NCBI GenBank assembly: GCA_964016885.1
Contig: OZ024741.1
Span: 120,280,001 to 120,344,000, forward strand
Direction of reading: 5' to 3'
Source: Eledone cirrhosa
Lineage: Eukaryota
Length of the DNA stretch: 64,000 nt
In this document: one piece after another, positions 12,650 through 25,686 of the stretch
Layout: each line of letters begins with the position of its first letter
How positions within the stretch are numbered: the first letter of the stretch is position 1
The notes under the pieces: model-generated
Databases searched by the model: none
What the model saw: only the letters and a program-made list of their open reading frames with translations
What the model was told of the DNA's origin: nothing
Program-made: the position numbers and the translations under genes

Positions 12650-13999
12650 GTTGTTATTTGGTGTTGTTGAAAATAGCTGTGGCCTTTGACCTGGCAATAA
12701 AAACTGGAGACAAAATTCTTTCTGTACCAAAACCAAGCACACACACTCAAGTTTGTGTGTGTGTGTGTGTGTGTTTTCTCAGTCACCAAGCTTCTCAATT
12801 CATTCCTTGCTACTAAGTATTTTATTTTGCTACGAGGTATATTATTTTGCAAGGTACTTTTTTTCCCCTGACTTTGTGATTTCAGAGAAAGGTAAGAAAT
12901 TCTTCATATTTTTCATCTTTTATATTTTGACTTTACAGTTTCAATTGTCTATCCACTCAAAATATTACAATAGCTAACAGTGAAATATAGAATTTAAAAA
13001 AAAAAAGCTTTTTCGACTGAGATCAAATCTTTTTTTTTTTATTTCAAAAATATATAATTAGAAATAGCTTGGACTGAAACTTTTTTGTATTTAATTCGTA
13101 CGAGTATTTTTTAAAGATTCTAACATAACTTGATTTGGCCCAGTAATCTACAGATACCAAAATCAGTAGTATATTGAAAAATGGAAAAATAGGGTGGGGG
13201 CGGGCGTTTCGTGATTAAACCTTTGGTTTAAGGCAATCCAAGTAGAGATTATGAGTACTCTGTGTCGAGGATAGTTCTAACGTTCGGCGTTGTTTGACCC
13301 AACAAGAAGTTTACTTAGTTGTGGTGCTCGGGTGGCCAATTCCATATAGTTCCTAGGTAAGCTGTTCCTGGAGTATTAACAATAAAGGAGTGAAGAATAA
13401 CACGGATCAGTAGGGTTTCTTCAAAGTATTAACAAATGTTTCGTTAGTCCGGTGTGTCTAAAAACCGCTGTCCGTCATATGCCGTGGCACTCGATTTTAA
13501 TTAGTTTACACCTAACCAAATACTCATAATACTGATTTGGTGATACAGTGCGTTAGTATCTATAGTTACATGAAAAATAACAAGAATAATAATAAGAATG
13601 AGAATATAGTGAGGAGGCGGATACTAGGATAATGGCATGAAAAAATAGTAATAATAATAACATCAACGTGAAAAAAATGTGCTATGAAAAGACAATAAGA
13701 TAAATGTGGAAATAAAAATAAAAGTAATAACAAAAAAGATACCGTTAGAGTTGGAAGTAAAGATAGGAAGTGTTCAGTTAGTACATAAGTAACTAGACAT
13801 TGTAATAAAGTGGGATGAGATGAAACGAAATGATAATTGTGACTGTGTAATAAAGTGGGATAAGATGAAATACAGAGATAAAACAGAAAAATATAAAACA
13901 AAAAGATAATGATAACAGGTGGGTAATTAGGATTGGGGATATTTTGAAAAGAACATGCTTAATGGGTAGAGGTGTAGATTGATGTCGATATTGGCTATA

Positions 14000-14180
14000 A
14001 AGCGTTATTGATGCTACACGTGATGGCTTCCGTAATTTGTCTGAGTGTTGCGTCAGTTCTATGTGAGGATAGGATCTTTATTTCTATGTTATTTATTAAG
14101 CTCCCGTGTTCCAATTTGGCATGTTGGTATAACACAGAAAAGTTTTTCTCCTCCTTAAGTTCTCGTCGCCAGTGTTCATT

Positions 14181-14260
<80 letters not shown>

Positions 14261-14337
14261 CTCTCTCTCTCTCCATCTCTCTCTTTCTATCTCTATCTCT
14301 CTCTCTTTCTCTCTCTCTCTCTATCTCTATCTCCCTA

Positions 14338-14369
<32 letters not shown>

Positions 14370-14785
14370 GCTTTCTCGCTCTTCTCTCTCGCTCTTTCTC
14401 CCTCCCTCTCTCTCTCTCTCTCTCTCTCTTATGCTACGATATATATCTCCTTACTAGGTCCATTATCAAGAAATTAAACTTAGCCCTATCTGAGATAGCT
14501 GAGCTCCGGTGGATCAGGTACTTGAAGGCCATGGGCTTGGTATAATGTGAATGAAGGATTTGGACTTTATCATTCTTAGTTTTCATCCAGAGTTTTATGC
14601 CACACACGGATTGTCTACGGTTGGGGAGTTTAGTGGGGTGGTCTACTGTTACTTTAATGCTCTGGCGAATGGAGTTAGCTCGTTTTCGCTGGGTGCTCTC
14701 CATGGTGTGAGTTCTAGTTCCGGTTCATGGGTATTCCCTCGTAGGGCTGTTTTAACGTCTATATTCATATTATTAACGAGAGTAC
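14000..14785 (-). mobile_element. Degraded family A-like PLE remnant split by a (CT)n tract
   Basis: ILHSHYTKPMAFKYLIHRSSAISD (14434-14703), plus a GIY-YIG tail (SVLYQHAKLEH...IEIKILSSHRTDATLRQITEA) at ~14020-14175. Confidence 0.7.
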
Positions 14786-15239
14786 ATGGCTATGGCTAGG
14801 GAGTTCTCAACCAAGAGAACAGATAGTTATTGCGGAGGTTACAGAATATGTGACGAAAGAACATATATGGGTGTTTCTGTTGTGGTGTGCTTAGCGTCTA
14901 ACTGGAGTTCGAAAATTATTTCTGTTTTATACAAAAAAAGTGGTTCAGATTGCTATCTGTTTAAAATGCAATTTTATTGGTCGATGACAGTCACGTGATT
15001 AAGTACAGTAATTTTTGCGCCTGAAAAAGTGGCTCAAAATTTCGATTTGTCTAAAATGCGATTTTATTGAATGAACACAGTCACGTGATTAGGCATAGTA
15101 ATTTTAGCGCCAAATATGGATGGTCAGAAAGTGAAAGAAGCGAAGAAAAATTCGAGTGCTATGGTTCAGTGAGTATAGCTAATGTCAAAGTGATGAGGAG
15201 TGTCAGATTTTAAGATCTGGGATCCCTTTTATATCCTTT

Positions 15240-15900
15240 CCCATCCCCCAAAATTGTTGGCCTGATGCCTAAGTTACAAACCGTTGCACGATCCAGCATT
15301 TTAATATGGTACTCTCTATTAAATCGTGCGAATTGGGAATTGTCTCTCTATTGACCACTGGCCGCTGGTCTCTGTCCCCTGGGGCATTTTTGCCCATCGT
15401 TGTCACTGATAACATTTGGCTCTTTTAGCAGCTGTTCTCTTGATGAATTTTCAAGTCACGAGCTTGACTGTAAACCTGTGGGAGAGCGAGCGATATTTGG
15501 AGAGTTAACCTTCCTCGACCCGAAGAGCAGCAGAGCTTGGGTTAGTCACAGACTGTACCAGGTTTCTGCAAGAGAATGTGTCGCTATATGTGACACCCTA
15601 TTTGAAGAGTTTGCCACCACGGAACGGGAAAATGGTCATGCCGTCTGGTCTTTTGCTGTCCCCTCGGTTCAGCCCCACCGGCTAGAGCTGGGTGGTGGAA
15701 GCCTGCAGCATCCAAGCCATGCTTGATGACCTTGTTGAGGGAAGCAGGGCGTAGAAGGTGGCCGGCACTGTAGCGGCAGGACAGCGGGTGGAGGCTAAGG
15801 AATCTACGGTGGATCCACAGCGGCATTTATGTGGCTCACAGATTCAAGGTGATTGATTGGCAAAGTTGTTAGAACGTTGGACAACAAGGTTTGTGGCATA
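15240..15900 (-). mobile_element. CRE-like non-LTR retrotransposon remnant (zinc knuckle + restriction-like endonuclease)
   Basis: Stitched frames give CRCGSTVD..HPLSCRYSAG...LNKVIK...PVGLNRGDSKRPDGMTIFPF, the typical CRE RLE motif. Confidence 0.7.
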
Positions 15901-17469
15901 TAGTTATGGCTTTTTACGTTCTCTGTTTAAATGCTGCTGAGGGGAACTTTACTTTCCATCTTTCGATGAATCGATCAAATAAAGCGTCAGTCATGCATTA
16001 ATCTCACATGGAGGGCTTTGGGCCTAAATTAGAAATCATTGTTGCTGCTGTTGTTATAATTATTGTTATTGTTGTCATTATCACTATTGTTGTTGAAAAT
16101 ATTTCTATTGCGTTGTTTCCTATATGTTTTTTTGTTGTTTTTTTTTTGCTTGTTTTTTATGCTCCCTTTGTTGATTACTTTTATTTTATATACTGTCTAT
16201 TAACTGGCGCTGCACTGATTAACTGTGGTTAAGTGGAAATCTATTGATGGTGTTCGAGTGAATCGAATTGAAAAGATGGAAGGAGCGGTTTCATAACAAT
16301 TGACGAAGAATGAGAAAACGTCGACGTTACAACATTGAAGTTGCTGGTCACGTGACTGTTTAAGTAAGTAAATAAACAAATACATAAATATGTAGTTTAT
16401 ATATAAATTAATGAGAAGTCTACAGAACAGAAAGTCTTCAACTTTAACGGCGCTTTCAATAAGATGAGGTAAGTGTCACTGATATCACTTCGTAATTCTT
16501 CCTTCATCACCTCATTTTACTCAGAGATGCTATTATGTAGAGGAAGCTTATCCCTGATACATCTTTACATTTATGAATCGAATGCCAATCTAATGCAAAT
16601 ATTATATATCTCCGCTGCTAGTATTATACGTTTAAATCACGGCACTCTAACACACGCAACATTTTATTGAACCATCTTCTAATAGTCTCTTTTAATTCTA
16701 AAATGAAGGCACGTAACTTAATAGTTAGAAAATTGGATTCGGAATCATGAGGTTGCAAGTTCGATTTCCGGAATGGGTGATGTGTTATGTCCCTGAATTG
16801 CGACCGGTAGAAAATATCAGCAATGGAAAGACCTATGGAAACACTGTCTCCTTCGATTTGAAGAGGTCTAGCCTACTCGGTAAGCGAATAAGGTCTCGGA
16901 TCTTGTCGATCGATTTCCTTTTCTTCCCTTCCTTTTAATATTAAAATGAAGCACTTATATATAGAAAAAAAACTATATTCTCGCATTTGCGTTTAACCAG
17001 TGAATTCAAGTTTAGGGAACAACTCTTAATTTATACACTAATCCCTTAGCATATAGTGGTATAACGTATCTTTGAGAGAGGGATGGGGAGAGTGGGAGAG
17101 AGGAAGTGATCGTTTTACGTCTCTTTTTCCGTGTTTACACAGGTTGGAATAAGGCCAGAGCTTATTGCGGTTTCATGTGTCGTTGAGTGATTGAAAACCC
17201 AGGAATCATTATTTGACGAGATACCAGTCTTTTGCAGGCCAACTCCTAGACCAGTGGTTCTCAAAGTGGGCGCTACCGCCCCCTGGGGGGCATTGAGAAG
17301 GTCCAAGGGACGCTGAGGCCTAAGCAGGCGCTAGGGGTGATAGAGAAAAGTGGCGTTAGGAATAACGGCGAGGTTGTAAGTGTCATTCCTCCCATGCAAG
17401 TTTACGCTTCCTTAAATGTGAAAACTTGTTCTTTCCTCTACTTAATTAACTCTCTACCCAGGGCCGGAT

Positions 17470-17770
17470 TTCGCTTCACAATCATTAGGTCCAGGGTTCG
17501 ATCCCACTGCGTAACATCTTGGGTAAATGTCTTTTTCGGGTCTGTGTGAGTAAAATTGGGCTGACAAAAACTGTTTCGAAGACCGTCGGGTGAACTGTAA
17601 TCTGTACTTCAAAGGGTCGGCCATGTCACACATTGTGTTAGGCTGAATCTTCCTGAGAATTACGTTAAGGAATACGTGTGTATGTAGAAAGCTCAGCCAC
17701 TTACACGGTGATTTCATGAAAAGGCTGTTCCATTGATTGGACAACTGGAACAGTCATTGTCGAAACCGAC
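17470..17770 (+). mobile_element. tRNA-derived SINE (CORE-like)
   Basis: B-box GGTTCGATCCC followed by a CORE-like CTTGGGTAAATGTC. Related copies lie at 17908-18100 (-), ~38640-38750 and ~42955-43200. Confidence 0.55.
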
Positions 17771-17907
17771 AGAGGTTCATTCTATGATATTCCATTCCAT
17801 GTACAACTAAATGAACATTAAGAAATTGAAAGAGTTTTTTCTGGAATACAAATTAATATGCTGTGGGACCTCCACCGTTCCTTAAGAGAAGCTCTCCATA
17901 TGATTTA

Positions 17908-18100
17908 ATCAATGGAACAGACTGTTCGTGAAATTAACGTGTAAGTGGCTGAGCATTCCACAGGCACGTACATCATTAAGGTAGTTCTCTGGGAGATTGA
18001 GCGTGACACTATGTGTGACATATCTGGTACAACACATTTCGAATTCACGAAACTTATGATTGTGAGTCCTGCACCTTAACCACAACACCACGTGCCTTCA
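17908..18100 (-). mobile_element. Inverted copy of the same SINE family
   Basis: The reverse complement shares GCTCAGCCACTTACACG and CTGTTCCATTGATT with 17690-17740. Confidence 0.55.
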
Positions 18101-18894
18101 AAACTTCGTAAGGTATCTGATTACGAACAAGAGACTCCTCCACCATTCAACAAGCTTCAACACCCAACATTGAATTCATTTTCTACTATCCAACCGTTTT
18201 TTATCCACTGCTATTTTAGGCCTCCGCAACTATATTGATTATAGACCTACCTAACCACGGGGTGCTCCCTTCGTATAAGGATTAGTCCTGATTATCACCC
18301 TGGATGGAATTTGAGCTCAGAACGAAAAGAGCTGAAAAACGGTATGTCAGCTTTTACAACATTCTAACGATTGTGCCAATTAACCGCCCTGGTTTGGTAT
18401 TTTATTCCTTTATTCCTTTCTAGATGGAAAAATAAAGTGATATTTGAACTCAGGATTCATTGAGGTAGGATGAAATAGCAATGCATTCTCTCTGACGCTC
18501 TAATAGACCAAGTAAACAATATTTACGTTGGCTTTTCCATTGCTGATACTATCATGCTGGTCGCAACTTCTAGCAGAAAGATGTAAAATTTTAACTCAGA
18601 ATGTACAGGCCTAAATCAGAAACAACAAAGCATTCCATACGGCTCTTTAACAATTCTGTAAATCTACTGTCCTATTTTTAGACCTCGAAATATTGAAAGA
18701 CAAAGTTGATAGAAACATCTCTAAAAACAATATTTATGACAATACATTCATTTTAAAATGTTAAAGATCATTTTGTTGTTTAAAAAAAATGCCTCTAAAT
18801 ACATTGAGAAAATGTGCAATGTTGTAGAGAAATGTATTTAGATATGAATTTCACAAATATATATTATATTTCCTGAGATATGTGCTATTAAATA

Positions 18895-18909
18895 TTCCTT
18901 CTTTTACAG
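18895..18909 (+). promoter_or_regulatory. Putative splice acceptor of the GPCR coding exon
   Basis: Polypyrimidine tract TTCCTTCTTTTACAG|G about 360 bp upstream of the ATG. Confidence 0.45.
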
Positions 18910-19267
18910 GCACATGTACAGACTTCTTAGATATGCATGTTTCCGTGTCAATCATCAACGGTGATTTATCCTCTTGTACCGTGAATCTGGAGTTTAACCT
19001 TTAAATTCCATATATCCCCACTATCATAATCACTTTAAAACTATCTGCACTTTTCAAGACAAAGGTGCATTGAAACTTGATGTTAAATTCACGAGTATTG
19101 CTGCTGCAAAGTAAAAAAAATGTTAAATATGTTATCATGATCAATATGAAATTTACTGTTTTCGTCAAAATTGTTTTAAGCTAGTAAAGCAGAAAACAAT
19201 TTCTACCTATAAAATTAAAATTAGGACTTTTAGTATCTATTACTAGATTTTTATTAATTGGTTTAAA

Positions 19268-21259
19268 ATGGAATCATTTCTTCAATTCTTTATTGTATCC
19301 TTTATACCAATCCAAAATGTTGTATTGCAAACAACAGCAACCAACAATGTCACAGAAGATTACAAATGTCCCCCAATGTTATGTTCTAAAGAGATTCGTT
19401 GTTCGTGCCGCCAAGATTGTTACCTCTACAATGACTGTTGTGTTGACATGATTAATAACACCAGTTCTAACAACAAACAGCCATATCCATCAATGTATTA
19501 TAGTTGTGGTAGAGTTAATGACGATTACTATTATCAATTTGACCACTGTCCACCTAACTATGACATTACAGAGCATGTAATCAACTGTGAAAGTCCTAAC
19601 CCGGATGACCAACTACACAACATACCTGCTTTTGGTAAAACAAGTAAAACACTCTTCAAGAATTTATACTGTGCTCTGTGTCACGAAGAAGAATTCATTC
19701 TTTGGAAACTTGAGTATATGTGTGAAATAAGCGGAATTGTAAATCTTGAAAACATATCAAATTTTTACCAGAATCATAAGTGTCGGAAAAAATTAGAATC
19801 TCCCTCAAAGACTTTAAATAAATATCTCTTTCCTTGCAGGCGATATATTTCGAGATGTCCTGAACATAATAATACGAAACTAAAAGCTGGATGCCAATCA
19901 GAACCTATGGGGTTAATAACAATTGATTCCAAAGTATACAGAAACATTTATTGTGCTGCTTGTAACAGTTTTCACGATATGGATTTTTTGTGTAGGAGCG
20001 TTTTCTTTCTACCTACCATCTTGGAAAAGTTTCAAAGATCTTATTCATTAACTATCCTTTTTGATTATCACGCTAATGAGTTTAGAATACATGATATTAT
20101 GTCCAACCGAACCATTGTGAAGGGATTGCCCACATGTCCAAAACACACTGTCTACGATATAAATACCAGGCAATGTAGACAGGTTAACTTTAATCCACAA
20201 TTAAACTGTACTTCAACGAGACTAAATGAAACTAAATATCATATCACTAGTGATGGCCTCCTTTACTTAAATAATACACAACGTCTGTTGAACCAATCAG
20301 AATTCAGTCAAGATTCTCAAGGTGTAAGTATCTGTGTAAAAAATGGTACCAATGTAATATCAAAATATTCCACTGTTGAGAGTTATATCACACTTATAGG
20401 ACTAATAATCTCTATCCCAGCTCTAGCCATCACTATTATAGTATATCTATGTATACCTAAACTCCGTACCTTACCAGGTAAATTACTCATTAGTCTTTTA
20501 TCAGCACTATTTCTAGCTGAGCTTCTGTTTCTGATCACACCATATGTTACTACATCTACAGCTGTGTGTACATCTTTAGCTGTTGTGATTCATTATACCT
20601 TTCTATCTGCTTTCTTCTGGACGAATGTCATGTCATTTGATGTCTGGTACACTTTCTCAGGACTTACACAACTTCGCAGTAGAGGAAAGGGTAGCAAGAG
20701 ATTTATATTGTATTCTTTATATGCTTGGATTTCTCCATTTGTAATAGTAGCAGTGTCACTTATATTTGAATACTTACCAGGAAATCATGGAATATCTCCA
20801 GAATATGGCAAGGGTATTTGTTGGATTACAAATGGAAAAGGTATTTTGTACCTCTTTGCAATTCCAGTAATGATTATATTATGTCTTAATATAACTGCAT
20901 TTATTTTCACCGCAAGAGGGCTGTATTTGGCTAGCAAACATTCTTCAAAATATTTATCTAAACATAATAAAAATGAATTTTTCATATATATAAAACTAAG
21001 CTTTGTCATGGGATTAACATGGATATTCGCATTCCTATATACCTTTACAAAAATTGAAGAATTTTCTCTGCTGTTTTGTATTTTAAACTCCTTTATTGGT
21101 TTGATTATTTGTTTATCGTTTCTTCTAACAAAGATTGTCTACCGTAGTTTACTGAAGAAGTTAGATGTGATTTCCCAATGGTCTACCACCAAATCTACTT
21201 ATGTATCTTCAACTTCTGGTAAAGCAATATCGGCGCATATATCCAGTCAAATTCCTTAA
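19268..21259 (+). CDS. Secretin-like (Methuselah-like / adhesion-type) 7TM GPCR, 663 aa, intronless CDS
   Basis: Signal peptide; somatomedin-B-like CSCRQDCYLYNDCC; two (F/Y)xN(L/I)YCAxC Cys motifs; seven hydrophobic helices with LRTLPGK, HYTFLSAFFWTNVMSFD, YSLYAW, PEYGKGICWI and KLSFVMGLTW. AATAAA overlaps the stop codon (21258-21263). Confidence 0.93.
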   Translation: MESFLQFFIVSFIPIQNVVLQTTATNNVTEDYKCPPMLCSKEIRCSCRQDCYLYNDCCVDMINNTSSNNKQPYPSMYYSCGRVNDDYYYQFDHCPPNYDITEHVINCESPNPDDQLHNIPAFGKTSKTLFKNLYCALCHEEEFILWKLEYMCEISGIVNLENISNFYQNHKCRKKLESPSKTLNKYLFPCRRYISRCPEHNNTKLKAGCQSEPMGLITIDSKVYRNIYCAACNSFHDMDFLCRSVFFLPTILEKFQRSYSLTILFDYHANEFRIHDIMSNRTIVKGLPTCPKHTVYDINTRQCRQVNFNPQLNCTSTRLNETKYHITSDGLLYLNNTQRLLNQSEFSQDSQGVSICVKNGTNVISKYSTVESYITLIGLIISIPALAITIIVYLCIPKLRTLPGKLLISLLSALFLAELLFLITPYVTTSTAVCTSLAVVIHYTFLSAFFWTNVMSFDVWYTFSGLTQLRSRGKGSKRFILYSLYAWISPFVIVAVSLIFEYLPGNHGISPEYGKGICWITNGKGILYLFAIPVMIILCLNITAFIFTARGLYLASKHSSKYLSKHNKNEFFIYIKLSFVMGLTWIFAFLYTFTKIEEFSLLFCILNSFIGLIICLSFLLTKIVYRSLLKKLDVISQWSTTKSTYVSSTSGKAISAHISSQIP

Positions 21260-21354
21260 TAAATAGTTCACAGCCGACTGGAACTATTCTTAGTAGCACA
21301 AATACATTTGGTCCCGCTATTCTGTTGACATTAGCATAAATATATAAACACCTA

Positions 21355-21421
<67 letters not shown>

Positions 21422-21524
21422 GCACGCACGCACACACACAGACACACACACACAAATGTATCTATTTATTCAAATGATTAACTCAAACAAACTTGCAACT
21501 GAATAATGCATAAGTTCCAATTGA

Positions 21525-21589
<65 letters not shown>

Positions 21590-21989
21590 TTAATATAGAA
21601 AAGCTTCTACAGGACTAGAACTGTTTCATTTATACTCTGCTATGTATTGAGTACCTTACTTACTGTGGCTACCCCCGAGTGAACCAGGAATAACATCTAT
21701 ATATATATATACATATATAGATAGTAGAGGTGCAATTGAATTGTGTTCACAGGCGGTATGCCAAGATGAGCACTCAATGGTCTTGGGGAGCACAGTATCA
21801 ATAATAATAAATGGGAACAAAGAATCAGTATTGCATCATATACATATTTAGATCTTACAAATTTTGTTTTTATTATGTCTATTATATATATACTCTTTTA
21901 TTCTTTTACCTGTTCCACCCATCCGGCTTATTTTATTGTCGGATATATCGTAGTCAGCATTGCACTTACAGTATAACGAATTTATTCAA

Positions 21990-22230
21990 AAGCAAAAAAC
22001 AAGCCTTAATAGTAAGAAAATGTTTAAAAAGGGGAAACAAAAAGATGAAAGAATAGGGAAATATAGAAAAAAAAGAGAGAAAGAAAGAGGAAAAGGAACC
22101 GACAAAAGCCCTTGTGTTGCAGAGGAGGGGGTGGGGGAAAGTGATTGGGCTTTGGGTCTAGGGCAAGGGGACAGGAGTGCTGCGACCCGCTGACAAGTCG
22201 GCAAAAGCATTTCCCCCGGATGATCTTACA
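21990..22230 (-). mobile_element. LINE 3'-end remnant (CRE-like), related to 34280-34600
   Basis: The two loci share clear similarity and encode GNAFADLSAG / GNVFTILSAG (CRE-type terminal GNA motif), followed by a pyrimidine-rich 3' UTR. Confidence 0.45.
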
Positions 22231-23239
22231 TATGTTTCACTACCGATCAGCTCGAGGAACGATCGAATAATGTTCGTTCCTGACTCTGGAATCGGAAGCT
22301 CCTTAGATATGTGTTCTCACATGTAGACTTAGTCCAGAAGTTGTTGAATTGTTAAACACCCGATTCGTTATTGTAGGCTGCCACAGACTGTGTTAGAAGA
22401 AATGTGATATCGTCGATTTTATTATGGTAAATTGTGTTTGCTCAATCCCAATGGGTAGGTCAAGATGGCAAATTATGCTGGTCTGGTACAGATGCCGTTC
22501 ATGTGTGACACGGCATGTCTATAGGAAGTCTGTGGTTATCGACTACGAAGCCTCAGAAGATTAGAAGCATGTACAGGAATAAATAAATAAATAAATAAAT
22601 AAATAAATATAAATCAGTGGAAGGGTAATTTGATAGATGACATTAGAAAGATAAAGAATAAACCGATAAACAAATAAAGCGATAAGAAAATAAAGATTAA
22701 GGATAGAAAAATACAAGAGTGAGGTAAATATATATATAGAATTATACAAAGATAATAAAAAAACTAAGATAAAATAATTTTTTTTTTTTATAAGCATAAA
22801 TGAAAAATTAGGAACTAAATGGAAGGAAAAGAAAAAAGAAAAGAAAAATGAAAAAGAAAGAGTAAATGTATAGACACTATCTGATATATTCCAGCGAATC
22901 ACTATTAGGGTGTTTGTAGATAAATCAAAATACTTTAGTATTTTAAAACAATAAAAAAAAACAAGAATGTATGGTCAGGTTGGGTGCGTGTCTATAGGAT
23001 GTGTGTGTGTACATGCGCGCGTGCGTGTGTGTGGTTGTGCATATGTTTTTGGTCGTGTACGATTTTGTATGTATGCGTGTGTGTGTATGGATATGTTTGC
23101 GCGTACGTGCGTTCTTACAAGTTATATTGGAACACTGGGCCTAACCGTTGGGTCAAGTGCTCAACAAATCGTCGGAATACCCCTGTGCAGTGGTAGCCTG
23201 CACTCCTGTGGCCGGGGCGGACGTAGGCTATCTCCTTAC

Positions 23240-24035
23240 TCCTAGGTGGAAAAGTTAAATGTGGAAAAGGTGCATTTCCTATGGTGTCTGCGTACCATGA
23301 TAATCTCAGACTTGAGGTTAACCAAGTTTTGTTTTAATTTCTTTGCTTTCCGCCACACAGAGTTTGCAATGGCTACCACTCACGGAATATGGGGCCACGT
23401 ATTGGACTATACTCTAGTGGAGTTTGAAGCATGTGTTGTCTTTTAGCCCCCAGATTAGATCCGCTAGCCTTGTGGAGTACCGTTTGGACCTGTCTTTCAA
23501 AGAGTTTGTGTGGTTGTACATTCTTAATTTAAAGTTCGCTGATATAATTATGTACCGTGCTCTACGTTTCAACTATACATTTATAAACGATGTTGCTGAC
23601 CATGCACTTACCCTGGAGAGGGAAATGTGCTTTATTATGGCAATTGCAAAGCTGAGTGTCAAAATGTCTATTCCGCTATTAGCACCAGAGACCAGGAGGC
23701 TAGGTGTTACGTCGTTCCTATAGCGGCCTGGTAATACGTTGGGGATCACGGTCGACATTGTGGTAAGGTGAGTGTCAATGCCGTGGCTCTCGTCGGATTG
23801 AGGCACGGTAGTGGATAGAGCGTAGTTGGTGTTTGGGTCAGTGCGGTTCCCCTCAACCACCCTCCGCGGGGTTCTGGTCTGCTGCTGATGTTACTCAAGT
23901 TGGGTGTTGTAGAAAATGAGAATTTCAGTGTGTCGATTGAACAGCTTATGGTATATATGGTTTGGTGGGAAACACTCATCCAGTGCTTTAAATAAAATCC
24001 CATATTGTAGAATTTGCTAAAACTATTTTTCAAAC
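23240..24035 (-). mobile_element. Degraded PLE C-terminus (GIY-YIG)
   Basis: FPPNHIYHKLFNR..LKFSFSTTPNL and NFKLRMYNHTNS...LIWGLKDN...CKLCVAE, homologous to 55755-56633. Confidence 0.75.
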
Positions 24036-24042
24036 ACACACA

Positions 24043-24101
<59 letters not shown>

Positions 24102-24539
24102 ACACACACACTGTATTTCAGTCTCACCAACAACTTGTTCGGACAAACTTAAAATAAGGAAACACCGTGGCTATAATATATAAGCAAAAACTATTCGTAA
24201 ACTCGACGAAATATGATTAATTATTCAGATGTGATTTGTTGCTGAATATCCGTTAAACATTTAGTCACGTATTCATCTATTCAGTTCTCTTGCGCAGAGT
24301 ACGTTATATAACTGTGTACTTACATGCTAAAACACCTGATATTTTCAGATTCCCAGTATCGTGCATAAAACACAAGGAAACAAAGATGGCGGTTATTGTA
24401 ATGAAAGCTTTAATGTTCATGTGCAAAAGAACGTGTGGGTTTTATTTTTATTTCACTACATGTCCAACCTTCAAAAAACTGGAAAAATAATCATATAGTG
24501 AAAAGTAGCAATGATTGTTTCGATGTGTTAATGAATATG

Positions 24540-24600
<61 letters not shown>

Positions 24601-24602
<2 letters not shown>

Positions 24603-25005
24603 GGGCGGTGGATTGGCAGTATCGGTAGAGGGTCGGACGCCATGCTTTGCAACATAGATTTACGGCCCTTCATGATCTGAGTTCAAATCCCGCCGAGGTT
24701 GACTTTGCCTTTCATCCTTACGGGGTCGATAAAATAAAGTACCAGTAATACACTGGGTAATTGCTGGCCTTGTGCCTAAAGTAGAAACAATTATTATTAT
24801 TATTGTTCGGGCGGTGGATTGGCAGTATCGGTAGAGGGTCGGACGCCATGCTTTCCAGCATAGTTACGTCCCTTTACGATCTGAGTTCAAATCCCGCCGA
24901 GGTTGACTTTGCTTTTCATCCTTACGGGGTCGATAAAATAAAGTACCAGTAATGCACTGGGTAATTGCTGGCCTTGTGCCTAAAGTAGAAACAATTATTA
25001 TTATT
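24601..25005 (+). mobile_element. Two tandem tRNA-derived SINEs (Meta/MESC-like central domain) in an (ATT)n tract
   Basis: ~200-bp direct repeats with A-box TGGCAGTATCGG, B-box GAGTTCAAATCC, GCCTTTCATCCTTACGGGGTCGATAAAATAAAGTACCAG and (ATT)n tails. Partial copies lie at 27093-27195, ~45665-45750 (-) and ~55147-55190 (-). Confidence 0.8.
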
Positions 25006-25605
25006 GTTCTTTGAGTCTCAGTCATTGATGTGATTTAACTGGAAAGTTTGTTGAAATGAATATCATGCTGCTACCTGCAGCCTCAGACATTCAGGACGTA
25101 TTGGAGGGTTCTTGCTGTTCCCAGCAAGCATGCCTTTTGAAGTGTTCCAAAAAACGGGGCTGGACTAATCTTCTTTAACCATCCCTGGAAACTCTTTGAG
25201 ATAGTACCTAGTGCTCCTATGACAATCGGGACGACCTTGATCTCATGGCAGTTCCAAATCCTTTTTAACTCCCACTTTAAATCCTGGTATCGGTTAATTT
25301 TCTCCTTCTCCTTTTCTTACACTCTCGTGTCAAATGGGCAGGCTATATCTACAATCAGGCACGATCTTTTTTTCCTTGTCCAAAACCACCAGGTCAGGCC
25401 GTCTGTATCCTAAAATCCCATAGCACCTTCACCTGATCGTTTTCTATCACCAACTCTGGCTTATGCTCATACCACTTCTCAGAATGTGGTAAATTGTTTA
25501 CTTTGCATAAATGCCAGTGAATCACCCTGCCCATCACATCATGTCTCCAGCCTTTATAGTGAGTCTGGGCTAGGTGTTTACACTCGGATACAATGTGAGC
25601 CACAG

Positions 25606-25686
<81 letters not shown>

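Noticed and set aside
17251-17340. Complete MITE starting CAGTGGTTCTCAAAGTG
   Set aside because: Only one hAT/Charlie-like end is visible; no matching TIR or TSD was found.
24601-24700. tRNA gene
   Set aside because: A and B boxes are present but no cloverleaf forms; it is the head of a repeated SINE.
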